From assembly GCA_010093605.1 (NCBI GenBank), contig MU004189.1, positions 1,681,834 through 1,745,833 on the forward strand: a DNA stretch of 64,000 nt, written 5' to 3'. Origin of the DNA: Lophium mytilinum (taxonomy: Eukaryota). Positions 14,801 through 26,133 of this stretch are shown one piece after another; within the stretch, counting starts at the first letter, position 1, and each line of letters starts with the position of its first letter. Both the position numbers and the translations under genes were made by a program. The notes beneath the pieces are model-generated. The model was not told the DNA's origin, searched no databases, and worked only from the letters and a program-made list of their open reading frames with translations.

Positions 14801-16570
14801 CTTCCAGATCTGGCCAACTACATCTGGCGAACCGTCATGATTTCCCTGGGCCAAATCGAAGGAATTACACAGGAAGTACGTAATGCGGTAAAGCGGTCCA
14901 TACCGAAGGGACGAGGAGATCCATTGGAACTAGTGAAAAAGTTCGCTATGTGGACAGCTTGGAAAAGGGGAAACGAAGAGATTCCTCAATGGGCGCATCC
15001 CCAGGCTCTTCTACTCGAGACCGGACCATCAAAGGGTGAAGCCAAACTCAGTGCTGCCGCATTGAAGAAACTGGAGCGTAAGTCCTGGAGTGAGGCCTTC
15101 CGAGCCTCCCGAGACCGACCTTCACGGCAGATGCCAACAGTGGCAGACACGGGTGTTACAAATGGTTCCGCAACTAGCCATCCATTAGCTCCAACCCCCA
15201 ACGTTTCCCACCGACCGGTACTGGAGAACGGACGCCACCTCAGCACCCCTAAAACATCTCAGCTAGGACCTAAGCGGATTGCTTGCGACGCTTGTAGGAA
15301 GCGAAGGATCCGATGCAAGCACAAAGATGCCTTGACCGAGTCTCAAAAGATCATGGCAAATTCAAGCCCAATAATGGTCTCAACTCCTTTGATTGGAGGC
15401 TCAAGCCTTGCTGGAGCACCCCTTCCACCTGGACAGCCTATCAAGCTGTTGGCCAGTGACATGGAGCCAGTAGCCTCAGTTCAACCAAAACCGCCGAAAT
15501 CAAATGGTATCCTAGTAGCGGAAGCTGGAGCGTCCTCTTCCGATTTCTCTCTAGATACGCCAAACAACAAATCCGGAAGGGTAAAAGCATGCCTCGATTG
15601 TCGCAAAAGCAAGGTAAATCAACCACCGACACTGAACAACTATAGCACTGACCATTTACGACAGCGCCGATGCATACACGATGAGCACGGCAGAGTTGAT
15701 CCAGTCAAGGCATCTGAGGCGCCGGTTCCTCGTGGTTCAGCAACAAAGAAACGCAAACACGGCGACGATGATGCCAGTCCTGTAAGCAAGAAGGTGAAGG
15801 GGGAGCCTCTTCCTATGGCGACACTGGCATATCCTGGGGAGCTTTTGCCACCAATGTCGCCGGCCATCGACCCTCAACTTGAGGAGCCCTCATATCCTCT
15901 ACCATTCCTACCAGAGCTCCGTGATTCCATCACAGTATCGTCGCTTGCGAAGAAACCACAACTTTCTCCGCAAAGCGAAGCGGACTTGCGCGGCACCTCC
16001 TCACAAGTTTATGGTAGAGCTTCGGCCGATATACCATCCACTTTGTCTACCGTCGACCCGATAGTCTCCTCGATTGAACAGTCACAGGACGATCAAATCA
16101 CGGTTTCTGCGTGGGAGCGGCAATCTTCTCAGAATTCGCCTACCAAGGTTGACCCAGTTACGCCACGTCGAAAGCTCGACTCGAATCCTCGTCGCTACGA
16201 GATCATCAATCAATCATCACCGTTGTCAGATGCTGCTCAGATTGTATCTCCAGCGCACGATCAACATGAAGATTCTCTATTGGAATCTGTCCACGTTGCC
16301 GTATCTTCGACACACAAAGATAACAATGGTCGGAAGATGAGCCACACTCCACGACCTTTATCGAGCGGCAAGGGCGGTCCCCCTACATCGGCGGGCGTTA
16401 GCAAGTCTCGGCGTGACAGCAAGGGCACGATCAAAGTAACGCAAAAGGCAAGAACGGTGTCAGGTTCCTCGGCAACTACCGGAATGACTCTGGCAGAGGA
16501 GGAGGCAAATGCGCGTCTCATTAAAGAATTGCAGGCTTCGGAGTATTCGCTAAGGAGACGAAGCAAATGA
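11879..16570 (+). CDS. JHD1: PHD + JmjC histone demethylase (JHD1/KDM2-like), 3 exons
   Basis: PHD 'CAGC...WIRCDGCNDWFHFAC...YFCRPC'. JmjC 'YTDFHIDFGGSSVYYH...IPAGWIHAVWTP'. Introns 13485-13532 and 15614-15664. Confidence 0.92.
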
Positions 16571-17448
16571 GCGAGCTGTTTGCGAAGAGTTTGATACGAT
16601 GACTGGTCTATTTTATGTTTATCCTGCGACGGTTGGGCTAGTGCAGCCTGAGTCACGAAGGTTCCTTTGGAATGAGGCTTCATACCGGCGTGCTCTTGAG
16701 TTTTTTTTCTAGGATTCGGGTGGGTAGGCGTCAACATTCGTCTAGGATGGTACCAATACCCGTGTAACACTTTACTGGCTGCATTTGAATTCTTTGCGAG
16801 GCGCTACTTCTTGACAGGGCTGCATGGGTCCTTTATCAGTGCGGGGTATTAATAGGGCTATTGGTTATCGTGTGTTGTTAGAATCACTTATGAGATTTCC
16901 ATTATACAGCGTCGTCGTCAGCCTTTGTACTGTTTATCATATGAAAAGTGTTTCAACCTGCTCTCACGGATGTGCACGGAAAGGAAACGACCATTTGACC
17001 GGCTTTTTACTTGCCTCATGGTGCTCATGCCTAACAATCACCATACTTGAGAGTTGCCGTATTCGGGTCGGCAGTGCACCACTTAAGACATGTAGGATTC
17101 GCCGACCGCAAGTAGATGAGGCAACAGGTCACCCGCACGTTGCCATAGAAGGCCTGATAGTCTTGCCTTTTTGTTTTAACAAGATAGCCGTCTGTGTTTC
17201 ATTTTCCTCTCACGTTCGTTGTGCACAACGCTCGAAGGGTCATCTGAAACCAAGGCTTTCGCATGACCACGAGAGAGTCTGATCATGTAACGGTTCTTCA
17301 TAGTATTAGAAAGGGAGGTTGGCGTTCTTTCACTCTCTTCAAGTAAACACTAATCCCTCCCTTTCAACATTATGTGCTATTCCAAGTCTTGATATTCCTG
17401 TTTGTATCTGTTTGATCTTTTCCGCTGGTCGTTGAAGCCTCGCCCTCA

Positions 17449-18105
17449 ATGTGCTGGATAACCTTCAGCTCCGCTTCTTCTCACAAGAGAAGAGCATCCC
17501 CAGTTCCCTATCCAAGTGGCCCTCGCATCATTACAATACCCCCAGAGCCAGAGATCCACCATCGACATCGACATGTCCGTCTCGTAGTCCCTAACACGTC
17601 GTTCCCTTCAGATCACATACACAAGAACCCTTTCCATCCCCACCACCAAAATTATCACCACAAACACCATCGACATCCGAGACCAGACACTCTGCGTGGG
17701 CATGGCATCAAACGCGACACTTCACCTCCACCGCCTCCACCCCCGAGTCCGACGGGGAAAAGCGTGCATTTCAGTCCTGACCTCCATTCCAGCAGGCTCA
17801 AGTGGCCATGGATTGCAGATCCCCTACCGAAAGCTCCAAAAGAGGAGTTCACTGCATACCGAACAGTTTACGCATCGCCTCCGCCTATGAGACGGCATGA
17901 AAGCACGACTCGATCGGCGACTAGAGATGCATTGAGTTCCAGAGATCGAAGGTCCCCAGGGCGCTTGCGAAGAGTTGCAGGCTACGATGTGCTGGCTTCC
18001 GAAGTGCCGTGGAGCTGGGACTGCATTGAAGAGCAGCCAAGGCGGAAGAGGAGAGGCGACAGACTCAACTACCCGCCATTTGGGCCGTCGAGCAGCTGGA
18101 TGTGA
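17449..18105 (+). CDS. Hypothetical His/Pro/Arg-rich protein (218 aa)
   Basis: ATG-initiated ORF after a pyrimidine-rich leader. No recognisable domain. Confidence 0.5.
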   Translation: MCWITFSSASSHKRRASPVPYPSGPRIITIPPEPEIHHRHRHVRLVVPNTSFPSDHIHKNPFHPHHQNYHHKHHRHPRPDTLRGHGIKRDTSPPPPPPPSPTGKSVHFSPDLHSSRLKWPWIADPLPKAPKEEFTAYRTVYASPPPMRRHESTTRSATRDALSSRDRRSPGRLRRVAGYDVLASEVPWSWDCIEEQPRRKRRGDRLNYPPFGPSSSWM

Positions 18106-18497
18106 AGGGTGCTGGCAACAGCAACGCCAAGGCCTCATATTCTACCGGGGCTGTCGACGAACGAGTCACTTTCAAGACTATTCACCATCTGATGCAGACA
18201 GCGGAGCAGGCGTGCTGGTGCGGCGTGACTCGCACCTGGAGCATGACAAGGTCGGCATGTCGGGTTGACACAGGGCCCTGGGGGCTGTGGTTGTTTTAGA
18301 GCCCGGCTGATCGTCCACGCTAGGGCTGGATCCGGCCTAGCTTTGTTATCCGCCCAGCATCCCACTCACCTCCACACCTCAGCCCTTCCGCGCTGCCCTC
18401 ACTCCCTCGAATCCACAGCACAACTACGACCCCAGCGTCCCCCTTCCAGCTTCCACTACCCCGACCCTTCTCCAGTCGTCAAGCGAAGCCCGAGTTG

Positions 18498-19097
18498 ATG
18501 TCCACTATCGAAAACCTCAAGTCTTTCGGTACGTTAACGTCAGCAAACCCCGCACAGCCCCGCCAACGCAGATTCCTCTGCACTTCAGCAGCACCGGCCC
18601 GCGACCTCAAGCGGGGCCTCTGCAGCATTACTATCGATGACTGAGTGCGATTGCTGACTGTAAACGTAGACCCTTTCGCCGAGGCCGAGTCCGAGCCTGG
18701 CGAAACCCAGCAGTCTCAGAATTACATCCACATACGCATCCAACGTACGACGCCTCATGCATAGCTAGTCTGGGTGTGGCTGACAATAAACACCAGAGCG
18801 TAATGGACGGAAGACCCTGACCACTGTGCAAGGGCTGCCCAAGAAGTTCGACCAGAAGAAGATTCTCAAGGTCATCAAGAAGAAGTTTGCTTGCAATGGC
18901 ACGATCGTCAACGACACGGAGATGGGCGAGGTGATCCAACTCCAAGGCGACCAGCGCAAGGATGTCCACGACTTCCTCGTCGATAAGAAGGAAGGTTTAG
19001 AGCTGGATGCGAAGACCATCAAGGTAAGACGCGAGCAAGGCTGGCGTGTTGGCTATCGTGCTAATATTCTTGTCCGTTTAAGGTCCACGGTTTCTAA
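18498..19097 (+). CDS. SUI1: Translation initiation factor eIF1, 4 exons
   Basis: Spliced (introns 18529-18669, 18745-18796, 19024-19082) to 'MSTIENLKSFDPFAEA...NYIHIRIQQRNGRKTLTTVQG...KKFACNGTIV...IQLQGDQR...IKVHGF'. Confidence 0.97.
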
Positions 19098-19488
19098 GCT
19101 GTCCATGCCTCGAAGCCCTCCGGCTCGGACGGACTCGGCATACAGTCGACGGCAAGTGGGATAATGGAGGGGCACGGTGACCAGAGATCGGGGTCACCTA
19201 CGGACGTAGCCCAGTTTTAGTGGGCAGAAATTGATATGCAACGGCCTACGGCTTTAGGAAAGCATACTTCTGCTTTGAACCGACATGACTTTATACGACT
19301 ACTGGAACGTGTGGGCTGTTTGTGATGTGCTCGACATGACTTAACAAAGGCTAACCACGCATGAATGTACAGGAATATGATCCTAGGCCGCGGTTATGCT
19401 AACAGACCATACGTTCTTCGTAATTACCTACATGTTGTACACAGTTATTCTACAAGAAACAGACAAACGACTTAAGGTTTCAAGGAAC

Positions 19489-20936
19489 CTATCTATCGTC
19501 AATTTTGACCTTCCCGTCCCGTCCTACCGTAGCATAACGCACATGTGTCTCCGATTCTTGTGGGATTGACAGAGCTGAAGCTGGCGCACTTGCGGTCTTT
19601 TCGCTGGTATCTGTCTTCCTTCTAGACGAAGTAGGCCCAGGCGGACTGTCCGCGATCTCGTTCACATCGCGTGCCGTTAGGACATCTCGTATGCTTGAGC
19701 CACGCGACTGCATGATGAGTGTTGACGGGCCTTGGAATTCGAGGAATAGCTAGTAATCATCGTCAGTTGAAGATTTTTCAAGTGCAGCTGTTCAAGCGTG
19801 CTTACTCTGTCTCCCCAAATTGTCCTTCTCAACCAGGTCCTCAAGGCGAAGAGAACTCCGGTGATGGTTCTCCATGTCGCTGTCTCCGCCATAGTCTTCA
19901 AGAATTTACTACTCTCTACCAGGGGACCAAAGTCATACTTTGGGATCTGAAAGCGCAGGGCAGTTGACTTGAATCTGTAAGGAAGCGGTGGGTTCGAGCC
20001 AAGTTCATAGGCTACGATGTGACTGCAACGGGTAAGTGTGAATCTCCGACATACGTGGTAAAACATACCTAGGATGCACGATATAGCTTTCTCCAGCCCT
20101 GAGCTGGACTTGATACAGCTGGCCCTTGCCTACGAGAGCCATCAACCCTCTACCGGTCACCTGGGAACTACCCCAATGTGCTATACTCTTCAAACGTTAG
20201 CGGGCTGACGTTCAATGATGCGTGCTCTGAACATACCATTTCAGTGTTGAGCTTCGGCTTCACAGCGAGCGCGTGGCCTGTCCATGCTAGCAACGCGTTA
20301 CGTTGTGATACCACCCAGTCTTGCCGGCCGTCGAGATGCACAACGGCGATTGAAGATATCGGAGCCTTGGTGGAGATGAGAGTCGTGATCGGGGTCGTGG
20401 AAGATATCTTCTGCCGTTAGAGACGAATACGTAATAAGTTTGAGATCGCGGCGTACTCGTTGGTAGAAGAATGGGATACCCAGAAAGGCACGCCTGAAGG
20501 GCTCCAGAAGGGATAGGGTGGAAACGGTCTATGGTATATCTTAGTTCCTTGCGTGTCTAGATTTCCGTGGTCTCTTACGTTCTCTGCCGCCCCGCTAACA
20601 CCGACTAGGGTCCCTCTGCGGGTATACAGATTCTGCGATGCGGACAACGACACGGAAAGTAGAGAGAATGGCGACCCAATCACTTCAAATCGAGCATCTG
20701 TGATACTAGTCAGCAAGTCTGCGAAGCACGCAAGTTTGGTCACATAGTAGGATACCTGGAGCGGGAGAGGAGCCAGCGGTACTGCTAGGGCTAAGGTCCT
20801 GGTCGACAATCGGTGATATCGAGGGTGTGGAACTGATGTGGACGAATCTTTTAAGCCCAATTGACGCGTACGGGCGAGCAGAGCTCACAAAGCGCCGGTT
20901 CGCCATACACCGCAGTGATGAATGCGCGGAGGGCAT
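19489..20936 (-). CDS. AIM24: Mitochondrial AIM24-family protein, multi-exon
   Basis: Presequence-like N-terminus. Exon peptides '[30 protein letters not shown]', '[19 protein letters not shown]', 'LRRTIWGDR'. Start codon not certain. Confidence 0.85.
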
Positions 20937-21217
20937 CGCTGCCGGCTGCTATACAGAAGTTTGCTGCTCGTTGAAGCTCTGGGTGCTCGGATTGGCAACA
21001 GGCGTATAGGGCTGAGTTGCAAAGTGCAAACATCACAAACAGCGGGAGGGCCGCCCGAGCACCTCCGAGATCGCGACATCAGCAAGCTTTCTCGCCTCAA
21101 CCCTCGCGTCCGTGTGCAGAGCTGCAGCTCCATGGCTGACAGCTACCCAGGATACAGCTTCCCAGCGCGCGAGTGACCTTGCCAATGCTTTCATAGGCCA
21201 CCTAATCCGCACCCACG

Positions 21218-23775
21218 ATGCTAGCACGCTCATTCACACGGGCCCTACTTCCCCGACCAACTACGCGCTTGAGCTATGCTGGCGCCTTTAACCAACGCAA
21301 TGCATATCGTCGAAGCAACCTGCTCCTCCCAACCCTACGAGTCTTTGCGACCAGCCCGCCTCACAGAAAGCAAAGCCATGGCCAACGGCCCCCCGGCCCG
21401 CCTCCAGAGGTTGTCGACAATGTGAAGCCAGAGTCGTTGGAGAAGAAGCCGGCGGCAGAGGCCACCAGGAAGGACCCGCTGCTGGCAGAGCAGGTCGTGT
21501 CAAACAAGGAGCAGCGTAAAGCAGACTGGGCAATTATGAAGGAAATGTCGAGGTATCTGTGGCCAAAGGTAGTGCCCGACTTCTACTATGATGAGGGGCT
21601 CTAATGCGTGGAAGGATAACCTTGGGACGCGGTTCCGTGTGGGAGTATCTGTTGGGCTACTTGTCGGAGCAAAGGTGGGATCGATAAACTCCCCAGGTGC
21701 AAATGAGCCAGCACTAAATAATCGACTAGATTCTGAATGTTCAAGTACCGTTTTACTTCAAGAGCATCGTCGACTCGATGAACATTGATTTTGTTGCCAT
21801 AGGCGGGACTGCGTGGACCGTGGCTGGATCCATGATTCTGGCGTGTAAGCTTTCCAATGGCTGCTTTAAGATATAACGGCTTATGCGTGAACGTGGTAGA
21901 TGGTGTGACAAGGATAGGGGCGACCCTTTTCCAGGAAGTTCGAAATGCGATATTCGCCAGCGTCGCACAGAAGGCTATCCGCAAGGTTGCCTGCAGTGTC
22001 TTTGAGCATCTGCTGCGGCTCGACTTGAACTTTCATCTGTCCCGCCAGACCGGAGGCTTGACAAGAGCTATTGACCGCGGTACCAAGGGTATCAGTTTCC
22101 TACTGAGCTCAATGGTCTTTCATATTCTGCCCACCGCCCTTGAGATCTCCCTGGTCTGTGGTATCCTCGTAAGCTTCTTCCATACAGCAGTCCATCTTTA
22201 GTAGACGTCGCTGAACACGACAGACTTATCAATATGGTGCCAAATTCGCTCTCATTACAGGAACCACGATGGCAGCGTACACGGCCTTCACAATCCTCAC
22301 AACCTCTTGGCGAACAAAGTTTCGGAAGCAGGCGAATGCTGCCGATAACAAAGCTGCCACTGTTGCAGTGGATTCGTTGATTAACTACGAAGCAGTAAAG
22401 GTATGTGGCTCTGCTAGTCTTAGGTTTGGCCTAGCTTAACAAGCGGTAGTACTTCAACAACGAGAAATACGAAGTGGGTCGTTACGATAAAGCCCTGCAG
22501 TCATACGAACATGCTTCTATCAAAGTAGCAACATCGTTGGCCCTCCTCAACTCCGGACAGAACCTCATCTTTTCTAGCGCTCTCACTGCTATGATGTTCT
22601 TGGCCGCAGATGGTGTGGCTACGGGCTCCCTAACCGTAGGTGATTTGGTCATGGTCAACCAGCTTGTGTTCCAGCTCTCGGTGCCTTTGAACTTCTTAGG
22701 TTCAGTGTACCGTGAACTTCGCCAGAGCCTCCTGGATATGGAGACGCTTTTCAATCTGCAAAAAGTCAACGTGGCCGTCAAGGAACCGAAAGACGTCAAG
22801 CCTCTAGTTCTTACTGGTGGTGAGATCCGATTTGAGAATGTCAAATTCGGCTATCGACCAGACAGGCCGATTCTGAAGAATCTGAGTTTCACGATCCCGG
22901 CTGGGAAGAAAGTCGCGATTGTTGGTCCAAGTGGTTGTGGAAAGTCCACTATTCTACGCCTCCTTTTCCGATCGTACGATGTTCAGGAAGGTCGAATACT
23001 AATCGACGGTCAAGACATCCGCGATGTCAGCCTCGAAAGCTTGAGGAAGGCTATTGGCGTAGTTCCCCAGGACACTCCTCTCTTCAATAACACGATTGAA
23101 CATAACATAAAGTATGGCAACATGGAAGCTACTGCGGAAGAGGTAAGGGCTGCTGCGAAGAAGGCGCACATACATCACAGCATACAACAATTCCCTGATG
23201 GGTACGACACCATGGTCGGAGAAAGGGGGATGATGATATCAGGTAATTAGTATGCGCCTTCTGAGAACTTCGATTGCTAATGTAAACAAGGGGGTGAGAA
23301 GCAACGCCTGGCCGTTTCCCGACTCATTCTCAAAGATCCTCCTCTATTATTTTTCGACGAGGCTGTATGTATATTGATACGAATACCGCAATTGCCTGTT
23401 CTGTTTGACTAACTCCTCAATAGACGTCTGCGCTTGATACCTACACAGAGCAGAGTCTCCTGGCGCATATCAATAGCATTCTCAAGGAAAAGAGTCGGAC
23501 CTCGGTTTTCGTCGCCCATCGACTGCGTACCATCTACGACAGCGATCTCATCATAGTCCTCCGATCCGGCGAAGTGGCCGAAAGTGGTACCCACGAAAAG
23601 CTAATAGATCGTGCTGGAGTCTATTCAGAGCTATGGAGTGGTAAGACATCCCAGAATCTTCCCGTCTCAGTCGTTTGCTGTTGAAATTCTACTTACTAAC
23701 CACTGAGCAGCGCAAGAGACGTCGCTTGACAGTAGCAATGATGAGACCAATTATTCAGGGGAAGGGTCTAGATAA
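21218..23775 (+). CDS. ATM1: Mitochondrial ABC half-transporter for Fe-S export (ATM1/ABCB7), multi-exon
   Basis: '[23 protein letters not shown]', '[11 protein letters not shown]', Walker A 'GPSGCGKST', signature 'ISGGEKQR' split by an intron. Last exon 23711-23775. Confidence 0.96.
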
Positions 23776-24015
23776 TAGTTGGATTACAGTTGGATGTTTA
23801 TACCTCTCAACCTGGACCTAAAAGGAGTCCGCTGGAGCGGCAGGACTGAACTGTAACAATATACATCTTGATTCAAGTCATGCATTATACTACGCACAGC
23901 AGTAAAAGCTATACACGGCAATAATATAAAGCGAGTTATAATTAAATTATCTAATATACTTGAAAGCTCTATCTTTACATAAGTAGTATGTACTTAAAGA
24001 ACTTAATAAGTTGAC

Positions 24016-24278
24016 TGTTAAAAGTATAGAGTCGGTGTAAGAATAGATAGATAGATAGAAAGGAATAATATAACTTAAGTTCTATTCTATACTAACAGCA
24101 ACAAAGTTGTATATAAACACTATTTAATGCATTATAGCATGTTTCTTAAATATCCTTCTTATATTATCTACCATTTGTTGTAATACATTTAGACACTTTT
24201 AGTTTCATTCCTATTTAAAGACCTTTAAGCCTATTATACGTATAGATATACAACTCCTATATTATTATAAAACTTACA
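24016..24278 (-). mobile_element. Solo LTR of the copia family at 37849-43401
   Basis: Reverse complement of the LTR ('tgttaaaagtatagagtcg...aaaacttaca'). Flanks ttgac/taaac are not a clean TSD. Confidence 0.85.
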
Positions 24279-24530
24279 TAAACTACTTGGCTAGGGAAAA
24301 AATTTAAACTAGAATAAGATATATTATATTAGATTACAGGCTTACAGCTCTTTAAAATAATATTATAGTATAGCAAAAAGGCATAGTAGTTAAGTCTAGA
24401 AGAGATAGGCTTATTTATAAGTCTATAGCTAGCAGTTATAACCAAAATACTATATAATAATATATTATATTTTTAAAAGTACAATATATATCTAGTCTTA
24501 ATAAATACTAGTCTCTATAATATAAAAGAG

Positions 24531-24551
24531 GATAGATAGATAGATATATAA

Positions 24552-24592
<41 letters not shown>

Positions 24593-24642
24593 AAGATAGA
24601 AAGATAGATAGAAAGATAGAAAGATAGATAGATAGATAGATA
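24531..24642 (+). repeat. (GATA)n microsatellite with GAAA variants
   Basis: Directly visible tetranucleotide array. Confidence 0.95.
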
Positions 24643-24740
24643 GGGTAACTTTTTCTATACTTTCTATATAACTAATCTAAATATAGAAAGCTAGTACTTG
24701 GTAAATACTCTTAATATAGACTTAGTTTATCTATTTAATA

Positions 24741-25033
24741 TATTAAAGGTATAGAGTTAATATAAGAGTAGATAGATAGATAGATAGAAATTGTATTACT
24801 TAAGCTCTATAAATAGATAGGAATTGTATTACTAAAGCTCTATTCTATACTAACAGCAATAGAGCTATATATATACACTATTTATTGCATTATTAAACGT
24901 TTCTTTAATGTTCTTATAATATTATCTAACACTTGTTATATCACATCTAGATACTTACAGTTTCGTCCCGTTTAAAGGCTTTTAAGTTTATTATACGTAA
25001 GAATATAATGCTTATACTATTATAAAACTTACA
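24741..25033 (-). mobile_element. Solo LTR, same family, with small internal duplication
   Basis: LTR reverse complement flanked by TSD TAATA (24736-24740 and 25034-25038). The segment 'aattgtattact.aagctctat' occurs twice. Confidence 0.88.
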
Positions 25034-26133
25034 TAATAACCTTGTAGAAGTAGAGCATAGTTAGTATTTCTAGTAATTATAATATCTATCTATCTACCTA
25101 TATTTCTATCTATCTACCTATATATCTATCTACTTCTTGCATCTACTAGAAAATAATCCAAGCAGGTAAATATATAAGCAGCTGCTAGATTATATTATAG
25201 TATTTTAGTCTAGAATCTAGTTATCTTAGTCTCTAAGGCTTAGATACTATCTTAGGTATAGTTATATAGAAGCCCCTTAGTATATATATAAGGTCTAGTA
25301 CTAGCTTTTCTAGATATTAATAGCTCTTATTAGATCCATTTATTAGCTTAAGAGGGATAACCTATTCTAAATATATAAGCTTAAAAGAGTATACTATAAA
25401 TATAGAATATATTCCTTATTCTTACTCTAATACTCCTTATACTATATTCTTTCTACTACCTTAAAGGCTATACTTAGCTCGCTAGCTATGTCTTACCTAT
25501 AATATTATAGTATATTAGTTAGTGCTAGTAGTATAAAGTTTTAACTAGCCGCTCCTTAATTAGTATAATACTTACTCTATAACTTATTTATCTACTATTT
25601 TAAGCTTAGGAGACTAAATAGTATACTAGATATAGTATTCTATCTAGTAGGAATAATATAGTATTACTGTACCCCTCTAGTTAAATTTAGCTATTTTACT
25701 TAGAATAATTTAATTCTCATTCTGCTAATCCTACCTCTTTATAGATATTTAGTATTATTAAGAGTACTTATTTTACTATATTCTATAGGAATTATATAGG
25801 CTACTGGCTAGCTTATACTCTAGAACCTTAATTATTACTATAAGATGTGCAAGTGCATTATACAAGGGCTATTAATATGTATTAACCTTTCTACATCCCT
25901 TAGATCTTCTCTATACTTCTGCAGTACTCCCTTGAACTGTTCTTGTGAACAGGGGTGCTTTTCAGGGGTCCTAGAAAAGGCCAAGTACCTCTTTATCTTC
26001 TACACCGGCTTCCTACCATTACTTGGCAACTGCAAGGCAAACAAAGCAAAGAACACCGCAGGGCACAACCACTGTAAACTAGCCTGATCTTCTTGTTGCA
26101 ACGAGTGGCCAGGAACCTTCAACTATATTTACC

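Larger units (their letters stand above)
23900..25850. other. AT-rich tract with RIP-type mutation signature
   Basis: Abrupt drop in GC, abundant TpA, scarce CpA/TpG, no ORFs in the track. Contains LTR copies. Confidence 0.85.
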
